Source: Lama guanicoe (Eukaryota). Taken from it: 64,000 nucleotides of DNA. Positions 27,630 through 41,009 of this stretch are shown piece by piece. The translations under genes were made by a program, and so were the position numbers. The notes beneath the pieces were generated by a model. It ran no database searches. It saw only the letters and a list, made by a program, of their open reading frames with translations, and was not told the DNA's origin. The stretch covers positions 1,240,001 to 1,304,000 of the forward strand of contig MU053881.1 of NCBI GenBank assembly GCA_013239625.1. Direction: 5' to 3'. Positions within the stretch are counted from its first letter, which is position 1. Every line of letters starts with the position of its first letter.

Positions 27630-28132
27630 TAAAGTGGGAGGAAAGGCAGCAGGGCACAACCATAGAAGGAGCGACACAGCCATTGAGGATAGGACAAACC
27701 GGTTAGGACCAAGATGGCAGAAGTCTGGACTCATGGCACACCCCCAGGCACCATGACTGCTCCTAGGCTGACAACAGAAGGTCAAAAAGTAGGGGGAGGG
27801 GGGTGTTTCCTGGAAATCTTCACCCCTTCCCCAAAGTAGTTGGAATAATCCCCCTACTCATTAGCGTGTGAAATTACAAGCCCGTAAAACCCAACAGCTC
27901 CCGCGCCTCGTGGCCGCTCTGTCTCTCTTGCCCCCTGAGATGGCCCCCGCTCCGTCCATAGAGTGTGCATCTGCTTTTGCTTTACACTAAACACCCCCAC
28001 ACCTCCTGGTCGCTCCCTCTCGCCGTTCAGAGACGGCCCACACTCCGCCTGTGGAGTGTGCGTCTCCTGAGCCGTCTTCCCTTCTGAGAGAGACAGGCCC
28101 CACTCTGTCTGTGGAGGATGTATCTCTCTACA
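27630..28132 (+). mobile_element. ERV-type LTR with three internal repeats of about 35 bp
   Basis: CCAAGATGGCAG (YY1-like) motif. GAGA(T/C)GGCCC...GAGTGTG..TCT-like units at about 27937, 28030 and 28090. Confidence 0.55.
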
Positions 28133-28199
28133 CTGAAAAGGAAGGAAAAGAAATTCAAGTGCAAGAGAAGCTTTCTGATCACAACATTCTAACAGCCAG

Positions 28200-29330
28200 T
28201 TTTCTTTTTCTCTAGACTTTCTGCCCAGGCCTCAGGACCTGCACCAGCCCTGGTTCCCCTCCCAGGCCCACAGGGCAGCTCTGGGGGCGGGGGCCTGTGG
28301 CTCCACGTACCTGGAACTCTGACTTTGCCCATGCAGTCCTGGTGAGCAGAGGGTGACCAGGGCCCTTCTGAGCACAGATCGCTTTCTTGAAACAAAGGGA
28401 GAGCCCTTCCAGGCCACAAAATACTTAGTCAAAGTCCTTGTGTTCTGTCAGCTTTCAGACTTTGTCATTCATGAGTGAACTTGAACAACACCCGGACACA
28501 CAGACGCCTCCTGGCAAGCCCGTGAGAAGAGGGACTGGACGCTACTTCTCCCAGCGATGCTGGCTCCCGACCTCCTCGTTAAGGTTTTATCCTCTCTCAC
28601 TGACAGACAGAAAGGCATAGTGGGCCTTGTCAGTGTGGAGGAGGGCCTCTGAAAACCGCTCAAGTGTCGCAGTAAGCCATGCCAAGGTGCACCCACCTTT
28701 CTCTGTCCCTTCCTGGCCAGTCCTTGGAGAGACCAGGAAATCCAGAATTTCCTACAAGAACGCGGAATCCTTTGGAAATTTCATCTTGAGTCAAGGAAGA
28801 AGAATCACATACTGGCAAAGACAATTTTCCAGGGTCTCCAGCCAAGGGCCATAAAGAACTGGAAACAATGTCCCCAGATGCTGACAAGTTTGTGAGACCG
28901 GAATATTCATGAGGCCAACAAGTGAACACTGGCCCGTCCTTATGGAGAAGTCCTGCAGCAACCCTGGGCCAGAGCTGGGAGGAACACGTCCCCACAGGTA
29001 TGTCCCTTCTATATTCCGCTTCATGGTCCTTAAGTCACCAACAGGGGCTAGCCCAGCCCATCACACTGTGCCCTGAGCCGGGTAGAAAATTATGAGACCA
29101 GCCTTTGTCCATGGTCCTGTCCTCACAAGACTGGAAGGACATCACACTCTGAGCTTGTCCTTGCCTCTCTCTCCTAGTTACTCCTCAATACCTGGGACCC
29201 AAAGCAATGGTGCTGCGGGAGTCTGCTGAGGGCCTTGTTCAGGGTGGTCGTGGCCCCTGAGGAAGGCAGGCTCAGAGGCAGTGATCCCGGGAGTAGGTCT
29301 GGGCCACCTAACCCAGTCCTGGAGGTGCCC
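28200..29330 (+). pseudogene. Probable decayed TRIM (RING/B-box/coiled-coil/PRY) gene
   Basis: Collinear relics: GEPFQ..CQLSDFV (post-RING), RYFSQ (28540) and VSVEE (28629) (B-box), ETRKSRIS (28729) and EK..QQP..EL (coiled coil), donor CAG|GTATGT at 28997, acceptor at 29177, then TWDPK..SAEG (PRY-like). Many frameshifts. Confidence 0.5.
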
Positions 29331-29867
29331 GTCCCAGTCAGCTCTTCCCTGTGCAGAAGACCAACTCCCACTTCCCAGGACCAGCTCCGTGGCTGGCCCA
29401 TCCACATTCCTGAGGGTCAGAGTTCTGGATTTCCCCTCTCAAAAGTGAACTATATTAAGACATCAGAGTGCTGTTATGGGTTCTGTGAACCTCGAGTCCT
29501 GCCTGGTCATCTCTACAGGTCTTCTGTTGGCCGACCTCAGGTTCAGCGGCAGTGGTGGACCCCATCTGATTCTGAACAAGATCATGGTCTTAAAGACAGG
29601 ACTTAAATTCATTTAAACCTAGATCCCAATTCTGTTTGAGAGACAAGGGTTGCACGCATTGAATTATAATATCAGAAGCTTAACACTTAGAATTATCCAG
29701 GGAAATAATCTCTGCACCTGGAGTTTTTTTGGATGGAGACTTTTAATTATAAATTACATCTCCTTAATATATAGAACTATTCAGATTGCATTTCAAGGTA
29801 TTGGTCTATTTAATCGAAAATTATCAGATTTAAATATGTAGAAATATTCATTATTTTGTATTCTTTT

Positions 29868-30345
29868 ATGAGATGGTCAGTTGGGTGTGACTGTGGAAAG
29901 GACACAGAATAGGCTCAGAAAAGAACAAACAAGGTTTATCATAGTCACAGGTCCCAGGGACAGGAGACATGGCGTTCCACACAGGGCCACATGGAAAAGA
30001 CACCAGGGTGGCCAGGAGGCAGAAGACAGGAAGGGGAAGGTTTAGGCCAGAGCCTTCCTTCAGTTTTGCAGGGCAGGCAAGGGAGGCAGGGTGAACAGCT
30101 TAGGACTGGCTAGATTGAGTGATTTCACCGGCATTGGGCTATGGGGGTGGTCCCTGGTTCCCTTGTATCTGGCTAGCTCTGGGATGATTAAGTCAGAGAA
30201 ATATTGCCTTCTGGTGTACACAGGCCAGACAGAGGTCTGAATTAGTTTGCATATCAAAAGCATTCTCCCAGCTGCTTCACTTGCCATCTCTAAGACCTGA
30301 CTTAGCCATAGGAAGGGCAGTCTGTCTGCAGCCAGAAAGGTTTTA
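29868..30345 (-). mobile_element. LTR-like element, family uncertain
   Basis: LTR-like composition with a TTTGCATAT motif; abrupt borders against L1 sequence. Confidence 0.45.
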
Positions 30346-30384
30346 TTTTTGTATGTTCGTTTGTTTTGTTTAAGATATCAAAAT

Positions 30385-30545
30385 ATCATAATATACAGCT
30401 TTTGTTTGTCTGCAAAAGTCTTACTTTCTCCTTTATTTCTGAAGTACAGTCTTGCTGGATGTAATACTTGGGTTGGCAGATGTTTTCCTTTTAACGCTTT
30501 GAATATATCATGCCCCTCCCTCCTGGCCTGCAAGTTTTCTGCTGT
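30385..30545 (-). mobile_element. L1 ORF1 C-terminal fragment
   Basis: Translates AENLQARREGHDIFKALKGK..PARLYFRNKGESKTFADKQKL. Confidence 0.85.
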
Positions 30546-30879
30546 GAAAAAATGACAAAACCCCAACAAAAGCCTACTTTCTTTAGCAAAAGGACCAGGA
30601 AAGGGGTACCCGCGCAAGACGGAAAACTTAGATAATACCCACTCTACTCTAGCCAAACAACAGGGAAAAACTGACCCCATCACTTCTGTATTCACCCTCC
30701 CTCTGAGCTTTTCACTCTCGTGGCGCTCTTGTCCTTGCCCTCCCCTTTCTCTCTCTAGGCGTTACGATTCCATCCATCCTTCAGATTTGGATGATAAACA
30801 ATTCTGCTCTGAGCCCTTAGAACACAATCTTGGTCACTTCGTCAGGTTTCTATTTATTAAGGAAGAAACCTGATCTTCT

Positions 30880-31470
30880 AAGCATATACACATAAATGAT
30901 GAGGTATCATGAACAAGCAGAATTTATTTCAGGAATGCAACACTGGTTAGCATAAACATTCCGTCAATATAATTCTCTTTTAAAAGTATGAAGAGAAAAA
31001 CAATATGATTATCTCATTAAATACAGAAAACGAGTGTGACAAAATACTACTCTCATTTATGATAAAAACTCACAGCACATTGGGAATACAAGGGAATGTC
31101 TTTATTCTGGTAACAAATATCCACAAGTTAAAGCCAATGTCACATTAAGTGGTGAAAAATGAATATTATCATTTGTAGTCAACATTGTACTGGCATGTGC
31201 TATATAGTACTATCATGTAAGAAAAAAAATTTAATGTATTAAGTTAAAATTTTAATTTTAACGTATTACAACTAGAAAAGAAAAACTAAAATGGCTATTA
31301 TTTATAGATGATCATTGTGTTTGCAGAAAGTACCAAAGACTAACAAACTGTTAGAAAAAGTCAATTTAGCAAGGTTACTGGATATAAGATCAATATATAA
31401 AAATCAATTGTATTTCTATGTACTAGTAACAAATAACGGAAAAAATGAAGCTTAAAAAACACCGTTTACA
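30880..31470 (+). mobile_element. Old L1 ORF2 reverse-transcriptase fragment
   Basis: GGAATGCAA...TTTAGCAAGGTTACTGGATATAAGATCAATATATAAAAATCAATTG, an RT-region motif. Confidence 0.7.
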
Positions 31471-32099
31471 ACAGTACAGTGAGCACGTCACGTCCTCTTA
31501 CGCCCCCTTGCTAGTGAGTGCACAGCCCCGTGTCAATGCCTGCCCGTCTGCCTCCACACGTCGGTTGTACTTCTGCATTTCCTTCCAGTCTCTTTTCAGG
31601 TTTATCACTCTCTTAAAATAGGTATTTTTTAAACTTTAATTTACCAGCAAATTTTTTTCTTAAAAAGACAAAAAGTAACGCAGATACCAAACGTATAGAG
31701 TTGATAACAGTGGAGCTTTCTTCTTGAAAAAGTATTGAGTGAACTCAGAGCCATGGCTTCCTACAGAAATCTCCAAAGCAGTCTGAAACTCATTAATTTA
31801 ACATTTTTAAGTACCCAAAGATCCAAACATTTTAAAAAATGAAATCTTTCTCCTGTTTTACAGAAAATACGGTCAGCAGATAGAAATTCCTTCACCTCTA
31901 AATCAAATAGAAACTTACCTGCTTTCTTACCTTTCTGTAGGCTTTGCCCTTCAGCCCAAGGTAGGGTTAGTTTCTCTCTATGGTCTAATTCTTTCGTATC
32001 GCAGAAAGTATGTTCTACCCAATGATCTCTTCTTTAATTCATGCTCATACATTATTGCCTCATTTATTAACACAGAAATGCTCCCTAACTCATCTTCTC

Positions 32100-33400
32100 C
32101 CCTCTACAAACAACCCTTTTCTTCCCTTCACTTAAACTTCTTGAAACAGTCTCAAACAGCCTGAGAGTTCTCATCTTCCATCTAACTTAGAATAATCTGT
32201 TCTTCTGTTCACCCCAATTCACAGAAATTGCTCTTGCCAAGGTCTCCAATGTTCTAGCCACCAATTCCGATGTCCTCTCCCTGGTACGTGGTTTGTGGCA
32301 CCTGACACCACTGAGGTTCTGTTCTCCTTTGGCCTCAGAGACACCACTCTCTTCTTTTCCTTCACCAACTCCTTATCTATTTATTAATGTTTGATCCTTG
32401 CTTCTCATTATAACCTATACACTCTGCTGGCCAAGCTCATGTACCATGGTTTTGACTACCAACTATATATTCTAATTACGCTGAATTCTAGTCTTCTGGC
32501 TCCTATTTTCCTTTTAAATCTGTATGTATGACCAATTCAACACATATAAAGTCAGACTTGTTCGCCTCCTGTACTGCCTGCTTAGTGCATGGCACTACCA
32601 TCCATCCAGGTAACCAGGCAGAAATCTGCGAGTCAACCTACCTTTCTTCTCAACTTACCTCTCTCAATTATTTGACTGCAAAAAATATGTCCTGTTTTAC
32701 CACATATTCTTCACTCCACTGTTCCTGCTTGAGTTTAGAGCCTTACTTATTGTTCAAGTTACTGTAACAGCCCATATGTGTAGGCTTCAGTCTGTTCAGC
32801 CGTCTTCAACCTCCTTACTTCACTCTCTGCACCTTCTTGCCAGAACAATTTCCCTTACATAAAGTCTTTCATTGGCTCTATAAATCTCAGAATCAAATTC
32901 AAGTTATTTAGGATGACAAGATCTGGCCTCTGCCTTCTTCGCAAGTTTCAACATGTCTTCTCATCACTTAACAGGTGTTCTATAAACGTGTCATGCTGCC
33001 GCCCACCTTTCCCTTGGCATATGCGCTCCCTCTTTTTGAAGTATTCATCTCACTCTCTGGAGAATTCCTGTTGCCCTTCCAAAACAGGGCTCAGGCATCA
33101 CTGTCTCGGGGACCCTGTCACTGGTCTTTTCAGGCAACCCTGGTTAGTGTCCATTCCTTCTTTCTGCGCCCTGCAAAGATCTCTACAGCATTTGTGTTCT
33201 GTCACGTAGTATCACTGTAACATCTGTTTCTGTGAAAACTACTTTAACACATTATGATAGTTTGCTTACCTCATTCGTCATTCCCTCCTGCCCCATCCTT
33301 TCGCCCCTCAGTTCACTATTCCTTTCTCTTGCACGATTTCCAGTGCCGGCAGCAATACCTGGCTTAGACCTGGTGTTAAACAAACATTTACTGAGCAAAC
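32100..33400 (+). mobile_element. L2 LINE fragment
   Basis: Pyrimidine-rich, with L2 motifs GCTCTTGCCAAGGTCTCCAATG and GGCACTACCATCCATCCAG. Confidence 0.55.
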
Positions 33401-34343
33401 CAGTTTTTAAAAGATTTTGAATTTTCCCCCTTCTTTTATTTTCCTTTGCAGCCTGAGATTTTTAAAAACTAGAAAACCTTACGTGGGGAAAACATGCTTA
33501 TATTTCATGAAACTGATTCCTTTTTAAGACTTTGGCACAGGTGATAGGTTCTTAAGATTTCTCCTGTAGCACGCTAAAAAAACATTCACAGCCTTGACTT
33601 GGAAGTGACTACCTAATTAAACTCCTAATCAAACTGTATTTCTTCTAGTTAACATGCTGTTCAGAACATAGCAAGTATAGTTATATAATAAATATAATTT
33701 CAATGCAACAAAGAAAAATAATTCTGAAAACAAAATTAGAAATTGTGTAAAAAATTTGGGAGATGGTTAAATGTAGTTTGGAAGTAACTAGAAAAATAAA
33801 AGAGGAAGAGAACAGTTTTCTGGGGGGTTTGGGGCTCTTTTTTTTTTTTAATGAAAACCATGCATGAAGTTTGCAAATAGTTTAGGAAAAGGCAAGTTCC
33901 AGGCACTGAGGTAGCCTGCAGTTTGTTCTTATCTACTATTTGGTCCTTTGCTCTACAAGTGCACATACTTTAAGACTCTGCTTATTGCTATTAACGTGTT
34001 AGTGGTGATAAATATGCCACTGGCTTATACAGCTGGTATCTTTCTAATCAAAAATCCAGCACCCCTGTGTCCAGATTCTTCTCATGCTTACAGGTATCAC
34101 ATATAGCGTATAATGCCATATAAAGAGAGATAAAAATCTTACCTTTTATCTTACAGATGACCAAAATAAATACTTGGAATTATGATTTATTTGTCTTAGG
34201 ATATTTTAAAAAGTGACTGACAGGTTTGAAACTTTTTCATGTATTTATTACATATTATCCTTAGAATTTAGTATCTGATGAGAATTAAAACAGAATTTTT
34301 CTTATTTTCATTACATTTGTTAAATCATTCTCAAGTATGTATA

Positions 34344-34658
34344 CAGTTGTCCCTTAGCATCTGTGAAGGACTGATTCCAGGACCCCACCCCCCACAGATA
34401 CCAAAATCTGATGACCAAGTTCCGTATATAAAATGGTGTAGAATTTGCATATGACATAAAATCCTCCCGTATACTTTAAATCATCTTTAAGTTACTTATA
34501 ATACCTCATACAACATAAATGCTATGTAAACAGTTGCTGGTGTGTGGAAAATTCAAGTTTTGCTTTTTGGAACTTTCTGGAATTTTTTCCCAAGTATTTT
34601 TGGTTCATGGTTATTTGAATCAGTGGGTGGGGAACCCACTGATACGGAGGGGTGACTG
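34344..34658. mobile_element. MER2-like TcMar-Tigger non-autonomous DNA transposon in the ZNF354B 3' UTR
   Basis: Imperfect terminal inverted repeats CAGTTGTCCCT...AGGGGTGACTG flanked by TA duplications (34342-43 and 34659-60). Confidence 0.8.
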
Positions 34659-34686
34659 TACACTAATGAGCTTTGGTTTAAGGAAT

Positions 34687-36251
34687 TCACACACGCAAAT
34701 CTACTTCCAAGGAGTCCTCTTCAATGTGAATTTTATAATGATTAGTAAGGGATGACCTCTGGCTGAAGAGTTTCCCACATGCATTACACTCATAAGGTTT
34801 CTCTCCAGTATGAATTCTTTGATGTGCAATAAGTGATGAGCTTTGTCTGAAAGTTTTCCCACATGATTTACATTCAAACGGTTTCTCTCCCGTATGAATC
34901 CTCTGATGTTGAATAAGAGCTGCACTTTGGCCGAAAGATATCCCACACTCCAAACATCGGTACGGCTTCTCTCCCGTGTGAATTCTCTGATGATTACTGA
35001 GGGATGAGTTACACCGGAACGTTTTCCCACACTCGTTACACTTGTAGGGCCTTTCTCCAGTGTGCATCCTCTGATGCTGGATGAGGGCTGAACTCTGTCT
35101 GAAGGCTTTCCCACACACTTTACATTTGCATGGCTTCTCTCCAGTGTGAATTCGTTCATGAATAATAAGCGTCGAGTGGGAACTTAAGGCTTTACCACAT
35201 TCATTACAATTATACAGTTTCTCCCCAGTATGAATTATTCGGTGTCTATTAAGCCGTGAAATGGAAGTGAAGCCTTTTCCACATTCATTACATCTGTAGG
35301 GCTTCTCTCCAGTGTGAATTCTTTCATGCTGAATGAGAGATGCACTCTGACTGAAGGCTCGCCCACATTCACTGCATTTAAAAGGTTTCTCTCCAGTGTG
35401 AATTCTCTGATGGTAACGAAGGGATGAGCTGGACTTAAAGGTATTGCCACACTCGTTACACAAATAGGACTTCTTCCTGGAATGAATTCTCTGACATCCA
35501 GGAAGGGATGTACCACAACTGGACGCCTTCCTGCCTGGGTTGTATCTGTGGGGATTTTCTCGAGCATGGATTTTCTGATGTACAAAAAGGCCTGACCTTC
35601 GGCTGAAGGATTTACCGCATTCTTTACATCTATAGGATTTCTCCACAGTATGGGTTCTTAGGTGTTTACAAAGGGATGCACTGTGGCTGAAGGCTTTCCC
35701 ACATTCTTTACATATATAGGGTTTCTCTCCAGTATGAGTTCTTTGATGTTGAATAAGAGCTGAACTTTGGCTGAAGGCTTTCAAACATTCTTTACATTTA
35801 AATAATTTCTCTCCAGTATGGTTTTTCTGATGTTTACGAAGGGATGAATTGTGAATGAAGGCTTTTTCACATATATTACATTTATAGCGTTTCTCTGCTG
35901 TCTTGAGTTTTGGTTGGTTAAGTAAATTTGAATTCTGCTTGAAGCTATTTCTTTGTATTTCATATTTTGAGAGTGTTTTTTCTCTAGCAATCCTCTGTTG
36001 CTTAACAAACACTGATTTCAGGCTGAAATTTTGGCCAAAGTCATTATTTTTATGGCTTCTTGTATGGGTGATTGAAATCACTTGTAAAATTTCATTTCTG
36101 TTCTGTTTCTTTACTCTGTCTTCATATATGCAGGGTTTTTCTGATAAGAAGTTCCAGGGTTCATCCCTTTTGAGTCTTTTCCTTATTAGCCCCCCAAACG
36201 ATGAGTCTTGAGTTTGAGTTGACTTTGTGGTTTTAGGACTGCTCTTACATT
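34687..36251 (-). CDS. ZNF354B: ZNF354B final exon: spacer, 13 C2H2 fingers and one degenerate finger
   Basis: Acceptor TTGCTTCAG at 36252, phase 1. [25 protein letters not shown] and the C-terminal [12 protein letters not shown] fit remembered ZNF354B better than ZNF354A. Confidence 0.92.
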
Positions 36252-36829
36252 CTGAAGCAAACAAACAAACAAACAAACAACAATAGAAAAGAATTGCCAA
36301 TGATGACTAAATGTGTCGAAGAAATAAATACTAATGAAATCGAAATAAGGGCTTGCTTTCTGGCTAAAAGAAACTAGCAAGAGGAAAAAAATAGGGAAGT
36401 AACACTGTATAAACAATAATGGATGAGAGCTAAAGTACTCTGGTGAATAAAATAAAGGATGCTCATTTAAAGAAGGTCATAGTGTATGAGTGACCAAAGA
36501 ATGGAGAGAAGGTGTTAGAGGAATTGGGAAATGCAGTCTAATACCCAAAGCCTATGACAGGCTCATAAATTATCTCCATGACACTATTCTCCTTTGTGTA
36601 ATTATTTCTAATCTTGAATGTCTTCCCTACTTTTCCTACATGCCAAATTTCTCTGCAGCCATCAGACTCAATTCCAGGGTCAGCTCCTCTGTGCACTCTT
36701 ACCTAACTCTGAGCTCCAATAATCTAGTCCCCTTAGAATACCACTTACCACAATATATTATTATAATGTATGTACCTAAGGGGAAAAATTATAAGTATAT
36801 CTAGAAACAGTGAGAAAGCCTTAAAAAAA

Positions 36830-37350
36830 TTCAGCACCGTTGATAACAAAAACATTCAAGAAAACATGAATTGAGGGATACTTCCTCAACAAGATAAAAT
36901 ACATATACTTTAGTCCTAAAGCCAGTGTCTTATTTAATGAAGAAACTCTAAAGACATTTCCACTATGATCAAGAACAAGGCAAGGATGTCCATTACTTTT
37001 GCCTCTATTCAACACTGTACTAGGTGTATTAACCAATACAATTACACAAGCACAATCAATTAGAGGCATAAAGATGAGTAAAGAGGAAATAAAAACACTT
37101 CTATTTGCAGATGGTATAATACTATAGCTAGAAAAACCTAAAAGAATCAATGATGAAACATGATCAGTAACATAAGAGAATATAAAATTAACACACTTTA
37201 TGTAAATCAATAACCTTCATTTACACAAAGATTTAGGAAAATAAATCCACAAGAAATATGAAAAGATTATCTGGGGAAAAATTTACAACAGTCTTGAATG
37301 TTGTTCAAGTATACCTGAACTAATGGAAAAACCTTATTCTTGGATAAATC
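36830..37350 (+). mobile_element. Old L1 ORF2 reverse-transcriptase fragment
   Basis: GAACAAGGCAAGGATGTCC (RQGCP) and TTTGCAGATG (FAD) relics. Confidence 0.75.
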
Positions 37351-37407
37351 AACTCAATATTATAAAAATACAAAGATATTTAACAGAGAGAGAGGGAGAT
37401 TTTTAAT

Positions 37408-37585
37408 CCTGCGGGATTTCTCAACCTCAGCTGCCATTTTGGGCTAGATAATTCTTTGCTGTGCAGGGCTGCCCTGTGCATTAGCCCCTACCCTTTCCAC
37501 CACTCCTACCCTCCCTCAAGTTGCAAAAATCAAAAATGTTTCAAGGCATTAATAAATGACAAAATCACTCCCAGTAGAGAACCAA
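37408..37585. mobile_element. MER20-like hAT DNA transposon
   Basis: TTCTCAACCTCAGC...GATAATTCTTTGCTGTG...GAGAACCA. Confidence 0.6.
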
Positions 37586-37789
37586 TGGTGATGAGATGAG
37601 ACAAAAATGACAGTAAGCTGATAAGTGTTGAAATTGGGTGATGGATACACAAGAGTTCATTATACTATTTTCTCTGCTTTTATGTATGTTTAAACTTTTC
37701 CATAAAAAAACAAAATTTAAATTCTACCTTCTGTAATTTCTTGCAACAGGAGTGAATAGGTTAATCTTTTTCATCTTACAGACCATGTC

Positions 37790-40700
37790 TAATTGGGGGG
37801 AAATCAGAAATTAGTTACAGAGGAATGAAAATGGAAAACACAACTTTCCAAAACATATGGGGTGTAGTGAAAACAGTGCTAGGAAGAAAATCTGAAGATG
37901 TAATAAACAACAGAACTTTACAACTTAAGTAACTAGAAAAAGAACAAGCCAAACCCAAAGCTAGCAGAAGGAAAAAAATAATAAAGATAATAGCCAAAAT
38001 AATAGAGAATAGAAAAACAATAAAGAAAATCAACAAAACCAAAATCAGTTCTTTGAAAAGATCTACAAAACTGATAAAACTTTAGTGAGACTGACAATAA
38101 CAAAAGAAAGAAGACACAAATTACTAAAATCAGAAATGAGAGTGGTGACATTACTATGGATTCCAAAGAAATGAAAAAGATTATAAGGAAAAACTATGGA
38201 CAATCATATGACAAAAAAATTAGATAGCTAGACAATATGAGCAAATTCTTAGAAAAACAAAATTTGCCCAAAATGAATTACAAAGAAATAGAAAATTTTA
38301 ATAGACACATTATTAGTAAGGCAACTGAATCAGTAATCAAAATCTCCCAACAACAATAAAAAAGAAGTTCTGAACCAGATGGTTTTATTGTTGAATTCTG
38401 CCAAACATTAAAGAGGAAGTAGTTCCAAGACTTCTTAAACTCTTCCAAGAAACTAAAGAGAAGGCAATACTTCCCTACTTAGTCTATGAGGCCAACATTG
38501 CCCTGATAATAAAGCCAGATAAAATCTCTCCAAGAAAAGAAAACTGAAGACCAATATTCCTTATGAATATTGATTTAAAAATCCTCAATAAAGTACTAGC
38601 AAATGAAATTCAGCATATTGAAATGATTATACACCATGACCAAATGAGAAAAATGGTTCAACATATGAAAACCAATTAAAGCAACACATCACATTAACAG
38701 AATGAAGATATAAAATCACATGATCAGCTCAACTGATGCAGAAAAAGCATGTGACAAAATTTAACACCTTCTCAAGATTAAAAAAAAAAACTCAATTAAC
38801 TAAGCCTAGAAGGAAACTCTCCTAACACAATACTCGCCTTAAAAAACCCATAGCTAACATCATACCTGATGGTAAAAGACTGAAATGTTTCCCTCTGAAC
38901 TCAGGAACAAGACAAGCATGCCCACTTTTATCACTTTGATTCAACATAGTATTGGAATTTCTAGCCAGAGCCATCAGACAAGAAAAATAATTAAAAGGTA
39001 TCTAAATTGGAAAACAAGAAGTAAAATGATCTTGGTCACAGATGACGTTAATCTTCTATGTAGAAAATCCTAAAGATTCCACAAAAACCTGTTAGAATTA
39101 ATAAACAAATTCAGCAAAGTAACAGGATACAAAAATCAACACACAAAATCAGTTGTGCTTTCTTTCCTACTCTAACAATGAACAATCCAAACCAGAAACA
39201 GGGAAAAGGATTTCATTTACGACAGCATCAAAAAGAATAAAATGTTTAGGAATTAACTCAAAGAAGAGGTAAAAGATTTGTACACTGAAAACTACAAACA
39301 TTGCAAAAAGTAAAGAAGACCTAGGTAAATGGAAAGACATCAGGTATTTGTGGATTGTAACATTTAATGCTATTAAGATGGCAATACTGCAGTGATCTAG
39401 AGATTAAATGCAATCCCTATCAAAATTTCAAAGCCTTTTTTTTTTCAGAAATAGAAAAACACGCCCTAAAACTCAAGGGACTCTGAAAAGACAAAATAGT
39501 CTTGAAAAAGAACAAAGCTGGAGTACTCACACTTTCTGATTTCAAAACTTACTAGAAAGTTATAGTAAATGAAGCATTGTAGTATTGGCATAAAGATGGA
39601 CATATAAGGCCAACAGAATAGACTAGGAAGTCTGAAAATAAACCTTCACTTATATGGGCAAATGATTTTTGACAAGGGTGCCAAAACGATTCAGTTGGGG
39701 AAAGACAGCTTTTTCATAAAATGGTGCTGGGGAGACGATACGCACAGGCAAAAAATAAAGCTGGCCCTTTACCTAACACTGTGCACAGAAACTACCTCCA
39801 GCGAAGCCGCGTCTTACGTGTAAGACCTAAAACTTTAAAATTCTTAAAAAAAAAAAAAAAACCAGGGCAAAAACTTCATGACTTTGGATTTAGCAATGGT
39901 TTCTGGGATGGGACACTGAAAGCACAGGCAACAAAGGAAAAAATAGACAAATAATTGTACTTCATCAAAATTAAAAGCTTTTGCACATGAAAGGAAACTA
40001 TCAGCAGAATAAAATGACAACCTACAGACTGTAAGAAAGTATTTGCTAATTATGTATCTGATAAAGAGTTAGTATCCAGAAATATAGAGAACTATGACAA
40101 CTCAACAATAAGAAAACAAACAATCCAATTAAAAAATGGGCAAACGTCTTGAGTAGACATTTCTCTACAGAAGATATACCAATGGCCAATAAACACATGA
40201 AAAGATGTTCAGTGTATCACTGATCAGTCAGCAACCACAAACCCAAACCACGGCATGCCACTTCGCTTCCATTAATGTGGCTATTTTGTACATATACGTG
40301 TGTGTCATACACACATACACAGAAAATAACAAATGTTGACAAGAATGTAGAGAAACTGGAACCGAAGTAAAATAATGTGGCCACAGTGGAACAGTATGGC
40401 GGTCCTTCAGAAGGTTAAGTGGAGATTTAAACTAAAACGTGATTCAGCAATTCCATTCCTACAGATACACCCAAAAGAACTGAAAGCAAGAGACATTTGT
40501 ACACCCATGTTCACAGCAGCATTATTCACAACAACAAAAAGGTGGGAACAACCTTAATGTCAGGTGACAGATGAATGGATAAACAAAAAGTGGCATATAC
40601 ACATAACGGAGTGTCATTCACCTTTACAAAGAAATGAAAGGCTGACAAATGCTACAACATGGATGAATCTTGAGGACGCTATGCTGAGTGAAGTAAGCCA

Positions 40701-41000
40701 GACACGAAATGACAAGTGTTATATGAACACAAGTACAAGTGTTCTACGAGGTTCCTAAAATAGTCAAATACAGAGAGACAAAAAGTAGAACACTTACTGC
40801 CAGGAGCTGGGGGAGAGGTGAATGGGGAATTATTTTTAATGGGTACAGAGTTTCAGTAAGGGATTCTGAAACATTTCTACAGATGGCTAGTGGTAATGGT
40901 TGTACAACATTGTGAATGTGCTTAATGCCACCAAAGTGTGTATTTATAAATGGTTAAAATGGTAAATTTTATATTATTTGTATTTTACCACAATAAAAAA
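37790..41000 (+). mobile_element. Decayed 5'-truncated L1 (ORF2 to 3' UTR, L1M-type), antisense in the ZNF354B intron
   Basis: Collinear ORF2 relics (DAEKA.DKI, CTPMFTAALFT, TTWMNLE) and an L1MB-like 3' UTR ending AATAAAAAA at about 40992. Confidence 0.88.
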
Positions 41001-41009
41001 ATTAGGGGA

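Noticed and set aside
29360..29407. Minus-strand RSWSWEVGVG as a SPRY WEVEV motif
   Set aside because: Opposite strand to the other TRIM relics and flanking motifs are wrongly spaced; probably chance.
35482..35550. Degenerate finger [23 protein letters not shown] as a lineage-specific lesion
   Set aside because: The remembered human ZNF354A/B sequences have the same degenerate finger.
34701..36211. Alternative-frame and antisense ORFs over the zinc-finger exon (also 7576-8608)
   Set aside because: Typical shadow frames of C2H2 repeats.
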